NCBI RefSeq assembly: GCF_008000775.2
Contig: NZ_CP042905.2
Coordinates: forward strand, 210,001-242,000
Direction: 5' to 3'
DNA: 32,000 nucleotides
Source of the DNA: Promethearchaeum syntrophicum
Lineage (GTDB): Archaea > Asgardarchaeota > Lokiarchaeia > Sigyniarchaeales > Promethearchaeaceae
Under the pieces are notes generated by a model. That model did no database searches and was not told where the DNA came from. It saw only the letters and a list, made by a program, of their open reading frames with translations. Below, in pieces: positions 1 to 9,492 of the stretch (positions within the stretch are counted from its first letter, which is position 1; each line of letters begins with the position of its first letter). The translations under genes and the position numbers were made by a program.

Positions 1-2
1 GT

Positions 3-674
3 GTACCAATTGAAGGAATCCAGGATTTTGAAGAAAAAGAAGGCAACAATGGAAAAAAATATCACAATTTATTTTCTGATAATCGATTTAAGACGCTTCT
101 AATTCCCGAAAAATCATTGCAAAGAAGAATTCATAATTTAGCTCAATCCATAGTCAAAAAAGGTGAAAAAGTTGATAAATATGAATTTTTAATAGTTTTA
201 ACTGGGGCTTTTATCTTCGGAGCAGATTTAGGCCGTGAAATTTATAAAATTTGTGGGATTGATGTAATCTTTCATACAGTTAAACTCTCTACATACCAAG
301 GTGAGATTAAAGGAAAAGGAGAACTCAGTCGCCAAGTGAAGTTTGAATTAGAACCTTTGGATATAGAAAATCGTGATATTATAATTGTTGAAGATATAAT
401 TGATCAAGGTTTCACACTAAACGCACTTAGAGAATATTTAATTAACAATAAGAAAGTTAAATCAGTGAAAATTTGCACTCTTCTATTAAAAAATTTGGAT
501 AATCCATCACAAGAGGTCATTCAATCAAGGAAAAATATTGAAAGTTATCTTGATTTTGTTGGATTTACCGTTCCAGATATTTGGGTAGCTGGATATGGCA
601 TTGATGCATCAAATGATTTCAGATCTCTTCCCTTTATAATTGGTGTAGATGAAAAATTCTATCTTTCAAATTGA
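3..674 (+). CDS. hpt: Hypoxanthine/purine phosphoribosyltransferase family protein, 5' end outside the window
   Basis: PRPP-loop motif IIIVEDIIDQGFTLNAL, C-terminal DFVGFTVPDIWVAGYGIDASNDFRSLPFIIG typical of HPRT. The reading frame is open back to base 3 (VPIEGIQDFEEKEGNNGKKYHNLFSDNRFKTLLIPEKSLQRRI), so the track start at 117 is internal. Confidence 0.88.
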   Translation, partial: VPIEGIQDFEEKEGNNGKKYHNLFSDNRFKTLLIPEKSLQRRIHNLAQSIVKKGEKVDKYEFLIVLTGAFIFGADLGREIYKICGIDVIFHTVKLSTYQGEIKGKGELSRQVKFELEPLDIENRDIIIVEDIIDQGFTLNALREYLINNKKVKSVKICTLLLKNLDNPSQEVIQSRKNIESYLDFVGFTVPDIWVAGYGIDASNDFRSLPFIIGVDEKFYLSN

Positions 675-708
675 AAGTTTTTTTAATTTATTTTAAACTG
701 TTCATATT

Positions 709-1290
709 ATGGATAATTCAATTGATATTCTTGACAAACAAATATCAAAAAGCCAATTTAAAGAGTTCTTATTAAAAAGAAATAAAGAATGGATTAAAAA
801 GAAAGATGGTTCATCAATAATTAATGGTTCTTTACGTGCTGTTGTATTGGGTTGCATTGATTCTCGAGTCCCTATTGAGAAAATTTTCCAAGCAAAACCA
901 GGAGAATTACTTGTTCTTAAAAATGCAGGTAATATAATAACATTGGATGTCTTAAGATCAATTTTAGTTGCAATCTATGAACTTGATGCAAAGTTTATAG
1001 TCATAATGGGCCATACAGAATGTGGTATGGCAATTCTTGATAATGAAAATAAGATTGATCATTTAAAAGAAAAATTGGGAGACAAATTGTTAGAAACTTT
1101 AGAAAAAATTGGAAACAAGGATCCTTTAGACTGGTTTGGATTCTTTAATCAAGGAAAATGGAATGAAAATGCTAAAGAACAAGCAAAATCTATTCAAAAA
1201 TTTTTAGATGAAAACATTCCTAAAGAGAATCAACCAGAAATTATTACTATGTTGTATAACCTTGAATCAGGGGAAGTGGAATTTATTTAG
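709..1290 (+). CDS. Beta-class carbonic anhydrase
   Basis: Zinc ligand motifs CIDSRV and GHTECGM (Cys-Asp-Arg ... His-x2-Cys) in a protein of the expected size. Confidence 0.9.
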   Translation: MDNSIDILDKQISKSQFKEFLLKRNKEWIKKKDGSSIINGSLRAVVLGCIDSRVPIEKIFQAKPGELLVLKNAGNIITLDVLRSILVAIYELDAKFIVIMGHTECGMAILDNENKIDHLKEKLGDKLLETLEKIGNKDPLDWFGFFNQGKWNENAKEQAKSIQKFLDENIPKENQPEIITMLYNLESGEVEFI

Positions 1291-1316
1291 ATTAAATTTT
1301 TTTTTAATATTAGAGA

Positions 1317-3143
1317 TTGAAAAAAAAAGGGACCAAAATGAAAAAAATTCTTAAAAATGCGAATATAATTGATGTTGAAGATTTATCTATTAAATTAAGA
1401 AATATTATTATCGATAATGGAGAAATAGTAAACATTTTACAAGTAACTGAACAACTTCCAGAAAGTGAAAATATAATTGATTTAAAAGAACAGTATGTTT
1501 CTCCAGGTTTTATCGATTCTCATCTTCATATAGAATCAAGTATGATGCCTCCCTTAGAATTCGCAAAATATTCAGTAAAACATGGAACTACTTGCGCATT
1601 AGTTGATCCTCATGAAATTGCGAATGTTTTTGGGAAGGAAGGAATTAGATCTTGGATCGATCAAGCAAAATTAACTCCAATGGATATTTTTATTGGTATT
1701 CCTTCATGCGTCCCTGCAACTCACTTAGAAAATTCGGGTGCAGAGATAAATGTTAATGATATTAAAGAGTTTTTAAACCAACCCAATAATAAAAACAATC
1801 TAGTTTATGGTCTTGGAGAAATGATGAATTTTCCAGGTATTATACATGGATTTGGAGACGCTCGAGAGAAAGTTGATGCTGCAATTACTGCGGGTAAAAT
1901 CGTCGATGGACATTGCCCAGGTGTTACTGGCTCAGATCTAATTTCCTATATTTCAAATGGAAAAAATGATAATATTGTGCGAATAAGAAGTGATCATGAA
2001 TCTTCAACTGCATCTGAAGCTATTGAAAAAATAAATGCTGGAATGTTCATATCCTTACGGTATGGGAGTGCCACTAGAGATTTAGATAGGATTTTACCTG
2101 ATTTAATTGAATCAAATATTAATTTTCAACAAATTATGCTTTGTTCAGATGATTTATCACCTTCTGAATTATATCTAAGGGGTCATGTTGATAGAATAAT
2201 TAAACAAGCTCGAGATATATTTTTAGAGAAAACTAGGTTGACTTTAGAGCAAGCAACATGTAAGGCAATATCTTTAGCTACCTTAAATCCTGGTAAATAC
2301 ATTGAATCTTTCTTAAAGCTCACAAATCGACTCCCTATTGGAAAATTATCAAAAGGATATCAAGCGAATATCACTGTTTTTAAATCATTAGAATTGATGG
2401 ATATTTCATATGTTATGGTCAATGGAGAAATTGTTGTTAAAGATAATTCTCTTCAGAATGAGATACCATCATATGATTATTCAAAATTTCTTAATAGTGT
2501 CAATATCTCCAATAAAATAACAAATGATGATTTTATTATTCCTTATTATGGAAATAATTCAACAGTTTTAGCAAATGTTATTCAAACCACTCCAATTAGT
2601 TTAATTACTAACCATTTACAAATTGAAATACCAGTCCTTGAAATTAATGGTCAAAAACAAGTTGCTTCTAATCCAGATGCAGATATTTTAAAAATTGCTG
2701 TTTTTGATAGACATCATAGTACAGGATCTCATAGTATTGGATTAATTAAAGGAATTGGAATTAAAAAGGGCGCTATTGCTTCAACAGTTGCACATGATAA
2801 TCATAATTTAATAATTGTAGGAAGCGATGATGATTCTATGGCTAAAATCGCAAATTTTATGAGAGAAAGAGGCGGTGGTATGGCATCATTTGCACAAGAT
2901 AATCTGACCTATTTCCCTCTTCCAATTGCTGGGTTAATGTCTTCGGATTCAATTGAAAACATTGTAGAAAATTATAATAATGTCAAGAAAGCAGCTAGAA
3001 ATATGGGAAGTTCTCTTGAAAATGTTTTCATGACATTAAGTTTTATGGCGTTGGCAGTTATTCCAGAGATTAAGATTACTGACATGGGAATAGTAGATGT
3101 TAATTCATTTGAACTTATCGACCTTTTTGTTAAAGAGACTTAA
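1317..3143 (+). CDS. ade: Adenine deaminase
   Basis: Amidohydrolase motif GFIDSHLHIESSMMPP, VDPHEIANVFG, GHCPGV, LCSDDLSP and C-terminal DRHHSTGSHSIGLIKGIGIKKGAIASTVAHDNHNLIIVG, the adenine deaminase architecture. Confidence 0.93.
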   Translation: MKKKGTKMKKILKNANIIDVEDLSIKLRNIIIDNGEIVNILQVTEQLPESENIIDLKEQYVSPGFIDSHLHIESSMMPPLEFAKYSVKHGTTCALVDPHEIANVFGKEGIRSWIDQAKLTPMDIFIGIPSCVPATHLENSGAEINVNDIKEFLNQPNNKNNLVYGLGEMMNFPGIIHGFGDAREKVDAAITAGKIVDGHCPGVTGSDLISYISNGKNDNIVRIRSDHESSTASEAIEKINAGMFISLRYGSATRDLDRILPDLIESNINFQQIMLCSDDLSPSELYLRGHVDRIIKQARDIFLEKTRLTLEQATCKAISLATLNPGKYIESFLKLTNRLPIGKLSKGYQANITVFKSLELMDISYVMVNGEIVVKDNSLQNEIPSYDYSKFLNSVNISNKITNDDFIIPYYGNNSTVLANVIQTTPISLITNHLQIEIPVLEINGQKQVASNPDADILKIAVFDRHHSTGSHSIGLIKGIGIKKGAIASTVAHDNHNLIIVGSDDDSMAKIANFMRERGGGMASFAQDNLTYFPLPIAGLMSSDSIENIVENYNNVKKAARNMGSSLENVFMTLSFMALAVIPEIKITDMGIVDVNSFELIDLFVKET

Positions 3144-3213
3144 AACACATATGATTCATATGGAGAAATTTCATTTTTTAAAAGAAATTAATACACCTAG
3201 AGGAAAGTGAAAC

Positions 3214-3327
3214 TTGAGTAATAAAACTAAGAAGAAAATCATTATTGCATGTGTTTTTGCTTTCGGATTTTTATTAGGATTTGGTTTTTCTTATATTAAT
3301 CAATTTATCCAACAAATCGCGGGATAA
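3214..3327 (+). CDS. Possible 37-aa single-span membrane peptide upstream of the ABC binding-protein gene
   Basis: TTG start after AGAGGAAAG; translation MSNKTKKKIIIACVFAFGFLLGFGFSYINQFIQQIAG* (basic N-terminus plus hydrophobic span). Not in the ORF track because it is short. Confidence 0.4.
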   Translation: MSNKTKKKIIIACVFAFGFLLGFGFSYINQFIQQIAG

Positions 3328-3340
3328 TTATGGTGTTTTT

Positions 3341-4513
3341 ATGGAAAAAAAACCGGGAAAAAAATATTTAAGAAATCAAATTCGAGCAACCACAATCATT
3401 TTTTGGCTGATATTCGGATTTATTGGAGGATCAGCAATTGGAGAGTTGATTTTTCAGGATTCAGAGAAAGATGTAGTCAAATTAACAATGGTCTATTCAA
3501 GCGAAAAATCTTCATGGATTTCTGAAACTTCCAGCTTATTTCAAGAATATTGGGAAGAAAAACGTCAATTAGATCCATCTTTAAAACCAATTAATCTTGA
3601 TTTTCAACCTTATGGTTCAGGGGGTTCATTAATTTCTTTATTGAATGGCGAAATTAAACCTGTAATTTGGTCTCCAGCTTCAAACATATGGGTACCTCTT
3701 TTAAATTCGAAATGGTCACAAATTAATTTTGATGCAGAATTAATCGCGCCTAATTTCACACGTTTAATATATTCTCCTGTAGTGATCGCAGTTTGGGAGG
3801 ATTTCTACGATTCATATCCTTTTAATGGTTTCAATGAGCTACATGATCTCATTGAGGGAAATCCTAATCTTATTAAAATGGCTCATACTGATCCTAGAGC
3901 CTCAAATAGTGGGTTTATGGCAACAATAATGATGGTCAGCGGATTTTTAAATATGGATCCTTCAGAAGTTACATTAGATAATATTTCTAATAATGATGTA
4001 ATAAATTGGATGAGAGTAATTGAGAGTACAGCAATATTTTATGGAGAATCTACAGGATTTCTTGGTAAATACATGAGAGATCAAGGTCCTGATGCACTAC
4101 AAATTGCGATTTTATACGAAAATTTAGTACAAGATTATAGTATTCCCGCTGAAGAGAAATATGGACAGAAAATTAAAGCAATATATCCAATTGAAGGTTC
4201 ACTTTATTCTGATCACCCTTTTTGCATTTTAAATGCAGATTGGATAACAGCCGAGCAAAGAATGGTTGCTGAGGAATACCTTTCTTTCCTACAAAGGGAT
4301 GATATGATTGTAAAAGCAATTTCCACAGGATTTAGACCGATTAACAATTCTCTTTTAGAAGATCCAATGATAAATGAAATATACAATTTATCTTTTAATG
4401 AGGAACACGGAGTGACATCTGATCCATCCTTAATATTAGAGTTATTTCCTCCAACTGATGGAACCGTGATTGCCAGAATCCCAGATTTATGGTTATTAAC
4501 TAGAAATACATAA
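3341..4513 (+). CDS. ABC transporter extracellular substrate-binding protein with N-terminal membrane anchor
   Basis: N-terminal hydrophobic anchor TTIIFWLIFGFIGGSAIGELIF, then KLTMVYSSEKSSW...YGSGGSLISLLNGEIKPVIWSPASNIWV, a periplasmic-binding-protein-like pattern. Directly upstream of permease and ATPase genes. Start chosen at ATG 3341 rather than track start 3281. Confidence 0.82.
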   Translation: MEKKPGKKYLRNQIRATTIIFWLIFGFIGGSAIGELIFQDSEKDVVKLTMVYSSEKSSWISETSSLFQEYWEEKRQLDPSLKPINLDFQPYGSGGSLISLLNGEIKPVIWSPASNIWVPLLNSKWSQINFDAELIAPNFTRLIYSPVVIAVWEDFYDSYPFNGFNELHDLIEGNPNLIKMAHTDPRASNSGFMATIMMVSGFLNMDPSEVTLDNISNNDVINWMRVIESTAIFYGESTGFLGKYMRDQGPDALQIAILYENLVQDYSIPAEEKYGQKIKAIYPIEGSLYSDHPFCILNADWITAEQRMVAEEYLSFLQRDDMIVKAISTGFRPINNSLLEDPMINEIYNLSFNEEHGVTSDPSLILELFPPTDGTVIARIPDLWLLTRNT

Positions 4514-4529
4514 TAAAACAGGAGATGAA

Positions 4530-6197
4530 CTGAATATCGCAATATCTACTGAATTCAATAACAAAAAAAGAAAAAAACCAATTCTAATTCAAATAGAGAA
4601 TTATTTATCTAAGAATAAATTTAAAATCGCTTTAGAAGTAATTGTAATTGGTTTTTTTATCATTATTATCACTGCACCCATCATTAATATTCTAAGTAAT
4701 GTAATAGATAATGTTGGTGAAATTCGAGAGCGGCTTTTTGAAGATGTATTACTTGGAAATCTTGAATGGAAGAATATGTTGAGTGCTTTATGGGAATCTT
4801 TTTCAATTGCTTTCATTGCAGTTGGAATTGATATAATTATTGGTTTTCCAATAGCAATTTTATTAACACGTGGTAATTTTCCAGGCAAAAAACTATTAGA
4901 TGGGCTTGTAGACCTTCCAATGGCAGTCCCTACCAGTGCTTTAGGTTTCTCAATAATGATATTTTGGGCGATTTTCAATATTACTCCTGGAAAAATTTTA
5001 ATTATTTTTGTTCATATTGCTTTTACATATCCATATATTGTTAGAAATCTTAAAATTGCAATAGAAAAGGTAAATCCTCTTTTAGAAAAAGCAGCTATGA
5101 CGCTTTCTGCTTCAAAATTAACAGTTTTTAAGACAATTTCTTTTCCACTAATTAGAGAAGGCTTGGTTGCGGGGGCAATTTTGGCTTTTACAAGATCCTT
5201 GGGAGAAACTGGAGCTACAATGATTTGTGCAGGATTAATCGAAACTGCTCCAATTATGGTTGTTGGATTACGTAAACAAACATATTTCTCAAGTGCCTCA
5301 TTTCTTTCATTGATTTTAATTTTAATTTCACTTTGTTTGTTGGTTATTGTTAAATTACTTGCACGAAGAAATGTAGCTCAGAAAGAATTTTGGCAAATTC
5401 ATCTTAAATGGGAAAAATATTTATCAAAACCAATATTCACAAGAGGATTAAAAATATTTAGTGGCTTGTTGATGCTAATTTTCATACTGATACCTTCTTT
5501 TTTTATTGTAACTCAAATCGCTCCTCAATTACTCGGTGAGGAATTATTCGGTGCTGATAATAAATGGGCCCACTTATGGATTTCATTAGTAAATTCTTTT
5601 CAAATAGGGTTTCTTGTTGTAATTATAGATGTCCTTATTGGATTACCTTTCGCTTTTATTTTAACTAGAGAGAAATGGGGAAAAATCCAAAATATAATGG
5701 ACACAATATTGGATATTCCATTAACTATTCCGAGTGCAGCTTTAGGGTTTGCTGTATTCTTGTTTTGGGGCCCCGCAGGTCTAAATTTTGCTCAACCTGG
5801 TTTTTTTATGATTATATTTGTTCATATGACTTTTACTTTTCCCTATGTTGTTAGACCGATAGCAGCAACTATAAAAACAGTAAAAATTGGACATGAAGAA
5901 GCCAGTGCTACATTGGGGGCAGCACCTCTTACCACATTTAGAAAAATAACTCTCCCTGCAATAAAAAATGGAATAATTGCGGGTATGATTGCAGCATTTA
6001 CTAGAAGTTTAGGGGAGACTGGAGCAACATTAATTGTAATGGGCCCGGATAGAACTATTCCAGTCCAAATTGTTGATTGGGTAGAAGCTAATGCTTTTCC
6101 TTCTGCTGCATTAGCAAGCGTTTTAGTTATTTTGTTAAGTGCTGTTCTACTTTTCTTATTACGAATTATTTCACCAGCAAAAAAAGATAGCTTATAA
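4530..6197 (+). CDS. ABC transporter permease, two fused permease domains; exact start uncertain
   Basis: Two EAA-loop motifs (EKAAMTLSASKLTVFKTISFPLIREGLVAGAILAFTRSLGETGAT and EEASATLGAAPLTTFRKITLPAIKNGIIAGMIAAFTRSLGETGAT). The frame continues upstream of track start 4776 and encodes a likely first TM helix (ALEVIVIGFFIIIITAPIINIL); no ATG/GTG/TTG occurs between 4530 and 4776, and CTG 4530 follows GGAGATGAA. Confidence 0.88.
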   Translation: MNIAISTEFNNKKRKKPILIQIENYLSKNKFKIALEVIVIGFFIIIITAPIINILSNVIDNVGEIRERLFEDVLLGNLEWKNMLSALWESFSIAFIAVGIDIIIGFPIAILLTRGNFPGKKLLDGLVDLPMAVPTSALGFSIMIFWAIFNITPGKILIIFVHIAFTYPYIVRNLKIAIEKVNPLLEKAAMTLSASKLTVFKTISFPLIREGLVAGAILAFTRSLGETGATMICAGLIETAPIMVVGLRKQTYFSSASFLSLILILISLCLLVIVKLLARRNVAQKEFWQIHLKWEKYLSKPIFTRGLKIFSGLLMLIFILIPSFFIVTQIAPQLLGEELFGADNKWAHLWISLVNSFQIGFLVVIIDVLIGLPFAFILTREKWGKIQNIMDTILDIPLTIPSAALGFAVFLFWGPAGLNFAQPGFFMIIFVHMTFTFPYVVRPIAATIKTVKIGHEEASATLGAAPLTTFRKITLPAIKNGIIAGMIAAFTRSLGETGATLIVMGPDRTIPVQIVDWVEANAFPSAALASVLVILLSAVLLFLLRIISPAKKDSL

Positions 6198-6215
6198 AAA
6201 AATGGAGACAATGAG

Positions 6216-7361
6216 ATGCCGGATATATTATTAAAAAACATAACCAAAACCTTTGATGAAGGTCGAGTAATAGCTGTATCTGAAGTAAATTTAGCTATAA
6301 ATGAAGGTGATTATGTTTTTATATTAGGTCCCAGTGGTTGTGGAAAAACCACACTACTAAGAACAATTTCTGGCTTAATTCAACCTACATTTGGTAATAT
6401 TCTGTTGGATGGTTTAGATGTTACCGATAATTCTCCCCAATCACGAGAAATAGCTTTTGTTTTTCAAGATTTTAATATATTTCCAATTTCCGTTTGGGAA
6501 AATTGCACTTATGCTCTGAATGTGCAAGGATATGATAGCGATTATATCATTGAACAAGGAGAAAAAGCTTTAAAAATTGTTGGTTTAGAAGATCGCGCTG
6601 ATGAAATTCCAATTGGATGGGGAAATGGAGATTTACAGAGAATAGGAATTGCACGTGCTATTTGTAGTGGAGCAAAAATTCTAATCATGGACGAACCCTT
6701 AGGTTCATTAGATCCAAAAATTAGTGCTGAATTCAGATGGGAACTTCGAAATATAATTAAAGATTCTAATCTAACTGCAATTCAAGTTACTCACAATCAA
6801 GAAGAAGCTATGGCTGTTGGGGATTATATAATAGTTATGCGAGATGGAAGAATTTTGCAGCAAGATTCCCCAAAACAATTGTATAGATTTCCAAATTCCC
6901 TTTTTGTTGGAAATTTTTTGGGAGGTTTAAATATTTTAGAAGGTTACGTCAATCATATAAATCTACCTATTAATTATTCAACCAAAATCAGATTAGGTGG
7001 TCCTAAATTTGATGTAATTTCTAAAGAGATTCAATTTAATTTAGATGAAAATGTAATTATCGCTGTTCGACCTGAAGATATCTATGTTTTTCCAAATAAT
7101 TATGACTATGAAGCATCTGAAACAAATTGGGAAGAAATTACATTATTTGAAGCCAAAGTTCTTGAAAAATTCCTCACAGGGAAGGAATTAGTATATATAA
7201 TAGAATTAGATAATGGAGATACCCTAAAAGTTGTTAAACCCGAAGTTTTTAAGTATAATTTATCAATTGGAGAAAAAATTTTTGCTGGAATTTTCACTAA
7301 ACAAGATCTAAGGATATTCAAATATCCTTTAAATTTACAAAAAGAAATGGATCTGCAATAA
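6216..7361 (+). CDS. ABC transporter ATP-binding protein (ATPase 1) with degenerate signature motif
   Basis: Walker A GPSGCGKT, Q-loop FVFQDFNIFP, Walker B ILIMDEPLGSLDP, H-loop VTHNQEEAM; signature position reads GWGNGDLQR. C-terminal TOBE-like domain. Confidence 0.93.
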   Translation: MPDILLKNITKTFDEGRVIAVSEVNLAINEGDYVFILGPSGCGKTTLLRTISGLIQPTFGNILLDGLDVTDNSPQSREIAFVFQDFNIFPISVWENCTYALNVQGYDSDYIIEQGEKALKIVGLEDRADEIPIGWGNGDLQRIGIARAICSGAKILIMDEPLGSLDPKISAEFRWELRNIIKDSNLTAIQVTHNQEEAMAVGDYIIVMRDGRILQQDSPKQLYRFPNSLFVGNFLGGLNILEGYVNHINLPINYSTKIRLGGPKFDVISKEIQFNLDENVIIAVRPEDIYVFPNNYDYEASETNWEEITLFEAKVLEKFLTGKELVYIIELDNGDTLKVVKPEVFKYNLSIGEKIFAGIFTKQDLRIFKYPLNLQKEMDLQ

Positions 7362-7382
7362 AATTATGGAGGATGATGAAAA

Positions 7383-8600
7383 ATGGTTAGAATTAGATTA
7401 GAAAATGTCTTTTTCAATAGAAATAATGTTCAAATTCTCTCAAATATAAATCTAACAATTGAAGATCAAGAATACCTAATTATCGTTGGTCCTACAGGTG
7501 CGGGAAAAACTAGTCTTATAGGATTAATTTCGGGATTGTACAAACCTACTTCAGGAAAAATATTTTTTGATGACGAAGACATTACTAATTTACCCCCAAA
7601 TGAAAGAAATTGTGGAGTTATGTTTGAATCTTATGCCCTTTTTCCACATTTAAACGTTTTAGATAATGTGAGTTATGCACGTCATATGCAAACAAATGAT
7701 CATACGGAAACGTATTCGATTGCTGAACAAATACTACACCTCGTTCGACTTTCTGGAAGAGAAGAAGCATTACCCTCCGAATGCTCAGGAGGGATGCAAC
7801 AGAGAGTTGCTTTAGCGCGTTCTATTATGGCATTAAGTAAGGGAGGAGTAATCATACTTGATGAACCATTCAAAGCTTTAGACGCGGGATTAAGACAAAA
7901 TTTAAGAAGAGAAGTAAAAAAAATTGCTAAAAGTAAACATCTAAACTTGACCACAATTCATATTACAAATGATATGCAAGAAGCAATGATGGGAGATAAA
8001 ATTGTAGTTTTAGATGAAGGGAAAATTAGACAAATTGGAACTCCTGAAGATGTAATGTATTCTCCAATAGACTTGTTTATTGCTAATTTTTTTAGCACTG
8101 AATTAAATCATTTTTCGGGAAAAATCCTAAGCATTGAGGAAATTCCAATTTCAGGTTTTAAAAATAAACCACTCCAAAAAGTTATTATGCAATCTGAAGA
8201 GGGTTATATCCTCTTCGCGAAAACTGAAAAAAAATTCAATATTGGAGATGAAGTTACCTTTATCATTCGCTCCCAATATTTCAAAGCAAGACATAAAAAG
8301 CGCGTAGATAAAACAAATAGTATTTATGGAACTATTAAACGCGTAAAATTCATGGGTGCTTGGTTAAGATTAGAAATAGAAGCACCTTATAATATTGAAA
8401 ACCTTCAAATTTTGAAGAAAAATCAAAATGAAAACTCGAACGCTAACACGAATAAAATATTAAAAATTGAAGTCCCTACAACCTATATTACGAAACATGA
8501 TTTCATTGTCGGACAAACCGTTACGGCTTTCTACCACAGCCAATATGCAATCATATTTCCAAAAATCAATGATATCGATGAAATACTTAAGGTTCATTAA
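7383..8600 (+). CDS. ABC transporter ATP-binding protein (ATPase 2) with altered Q- and H-loops
   Basis: Walker A GPTGAGKT, signature CSGGMQQR, Walker B VIILDEPFKALD; the Q-loop position is FESYALFP and the H-loop position is ITNDMQEAM. C-terminal TOBE-like domain. Confidence 0.93.
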   Translation: MVRIRLENVFFNRNNVQILSNINLTIEDQEYLIIVGPTGAGKTSLIGLISGLYKPTSGKIFFDDEDITNLPPNERNCGVMFESYALFPHLNVLDNVSYARHMQTNDHTETYSIAEQILHLVRLSGREEALPSECSGGMQQRVALARSIMALSKGGVIILDEPFKALDAGLRQNLRREVKKIAKSKHLNLTTIHITNDMQEAMMGDKIVVLDEGKIRQIGTPEDVMYSPIDLFIANFFSTELNHFSGKILSIEEIPISGFKNKPLQKVIMQSEEGYILFAKTEKKFNIGDEVTFIIRSQYFKARHKKRVDKTNSIYGTIKRVKFMGAWLRLEIEAPYNIENLQILKKNQNENSNANTNKILKIEVPTTYITKHDFIVGQTVTAFYHSQYAIIFPKINDIDEILKVH

Positions 8601-8673
8601 ATTAAAAAAATATAATCAGAAAACTAAAAACTATAAAAAAACCCTATAAATTAGAAAAAAAAGTGAAAAAAAA

Positions 8674-9357
8674 ATGGGATCCTTGAAAAATTTCCTACAA
8701 TCCAGAAATGAAGAAGATGTCCTTGAAAAATCAATCCTTCATATGAAAAAAGTCCTTGAATGTGTGGTTGAATTTGAAAGAGGCTGCACCATATATATCC
8801 AAGAAAAAAATCCAGAATTAGCATTTGAAATCTTCAAAAGAGTTGATATTCTAGAACATGAAGCCGATATTATTCGACGAGACCTACTTGTTCATATTTC
8901 AAAAAGTGAACTTATTCCTCAACTTAGAGAAGATTTGACTCATCTTGTTCAACAAATTGATCGTATCGCGAATACCACTGATGGAGCTGCAAGACGAGTA
9001 TCAGGAATTGCCCCCCAACACATCCAATCCTTAGGAGACGAAATTTTAGAAAATATGCAAAAAATTGTCCATCACTCTGTATCTGCCACTAAAATCCTTT
9101 TTAACTTGATTAAGAGCTTACCCGAAATTGAAGACAAAGAACTATTTACAATCACCGAAAAAATCCAAACAATTGAACATACATGCGATGTTATCCACTC
9201 CAATATTTACGAGATGCTAAATAAAATCCCAGAAATTTCATTCAACCATTTTGTGGCGATCCAAATTTCTAATTTTGTTGATTTACTCGAAACTATCAGT
9301 GATAAAGTTGAAGATGTAGCTGATTACATTGAAATGCTAAAAACTGCAAAGCGATGA
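8674..9357 (+). CDS. DUF47/PhoU-like helical protein
   Basis: All-helical protein with MGSLKNFLQSRNEEDVLEKSILHMKKVLECV, DILEHEADIIRRDL, REDLTHLVQQIDRIANTTDGAARR and KVEDVADYIEMLK, characteristic of the DUF47 family. Confidence 0.85.
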   Translation: MGSLKNFLQSRNEEDVLEKSILHMKKVLECVVEFERGCTIYIQEKNPELAFEIFKRVDILEHEADIIRRDLLVHISKSELIPQLREDLTHLVQQIDRIANTTDGAARRVSGIAPQHIQSLGDEILENMQKIVHHSVSATKILFNLIKSLPEIEDKELFTITEKIQTIEHTCDVIHSNIYEMLNKIPEISFNHFVAIQISNFVDLLETISDKVEDVADYIEMLKTAKR

Positions 9358-9402
9358 ATCAAAAATTTTTTAATATTTCCTACATTCAAAAAATCTATCT
9401 GA

Positions 9403-9476
9403 GGGCGGTTAGCTTAGCCTGGTTGAGCGCGGCGCTGATAACGCCGAGGCCGGGGGATCGAAGCCCCCACTGCCCA
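9403..9476 (+). tRNA. tRNA-Ile(GAT)
   Basis: 74-nt cloverleaf: acceptor GGGCGGT/ACTGCCC, D stem GCTT/GAGC, anticodon stem CGGCG/CGCCG with loop CTGATAA (anticodon GAT at 9437-9439), T stem GGGGG/CCCCC, discriminator A, no encoded CCA. Confidence 0.96.
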
Positions 9477-9477
9477 C

Positions 9478-9492
9478 GATTTTAATTTTTTT
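9478..9492 (+). terminator. T-rich tract downstream of the tRNA, possible archaeal terminator
   Basis: GATTTTAATTTTTTTG immediately 3' of the tRNA; archaeal termination commonly uses oligo-T tracts. Confidence 0.35.

Noticed and set aside
4213-6247. Minus-strand ORFs 4213-4542, 4601-4978 and 5843-6247 in the track
   Set aside because: They lie antisense to the well-supported binding-protein and permease genes. Compositions look like reverse complements of membrane-protein codons, and no recognised motifs or RBS were seen.
7106-7954. Minus-strand ORFs 7106-7321 and 7700-7954
   Set aside because: Antisense to the ABC ATPase genes, which have clear motifs; treated as spurious open frames.
8467-8649. 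60-aa plus-strand ORF overlapping the end of ATPase 2
   Set aside because: Out of frame with a strong gene, low-complexity Lys/Asn tail, and no support.
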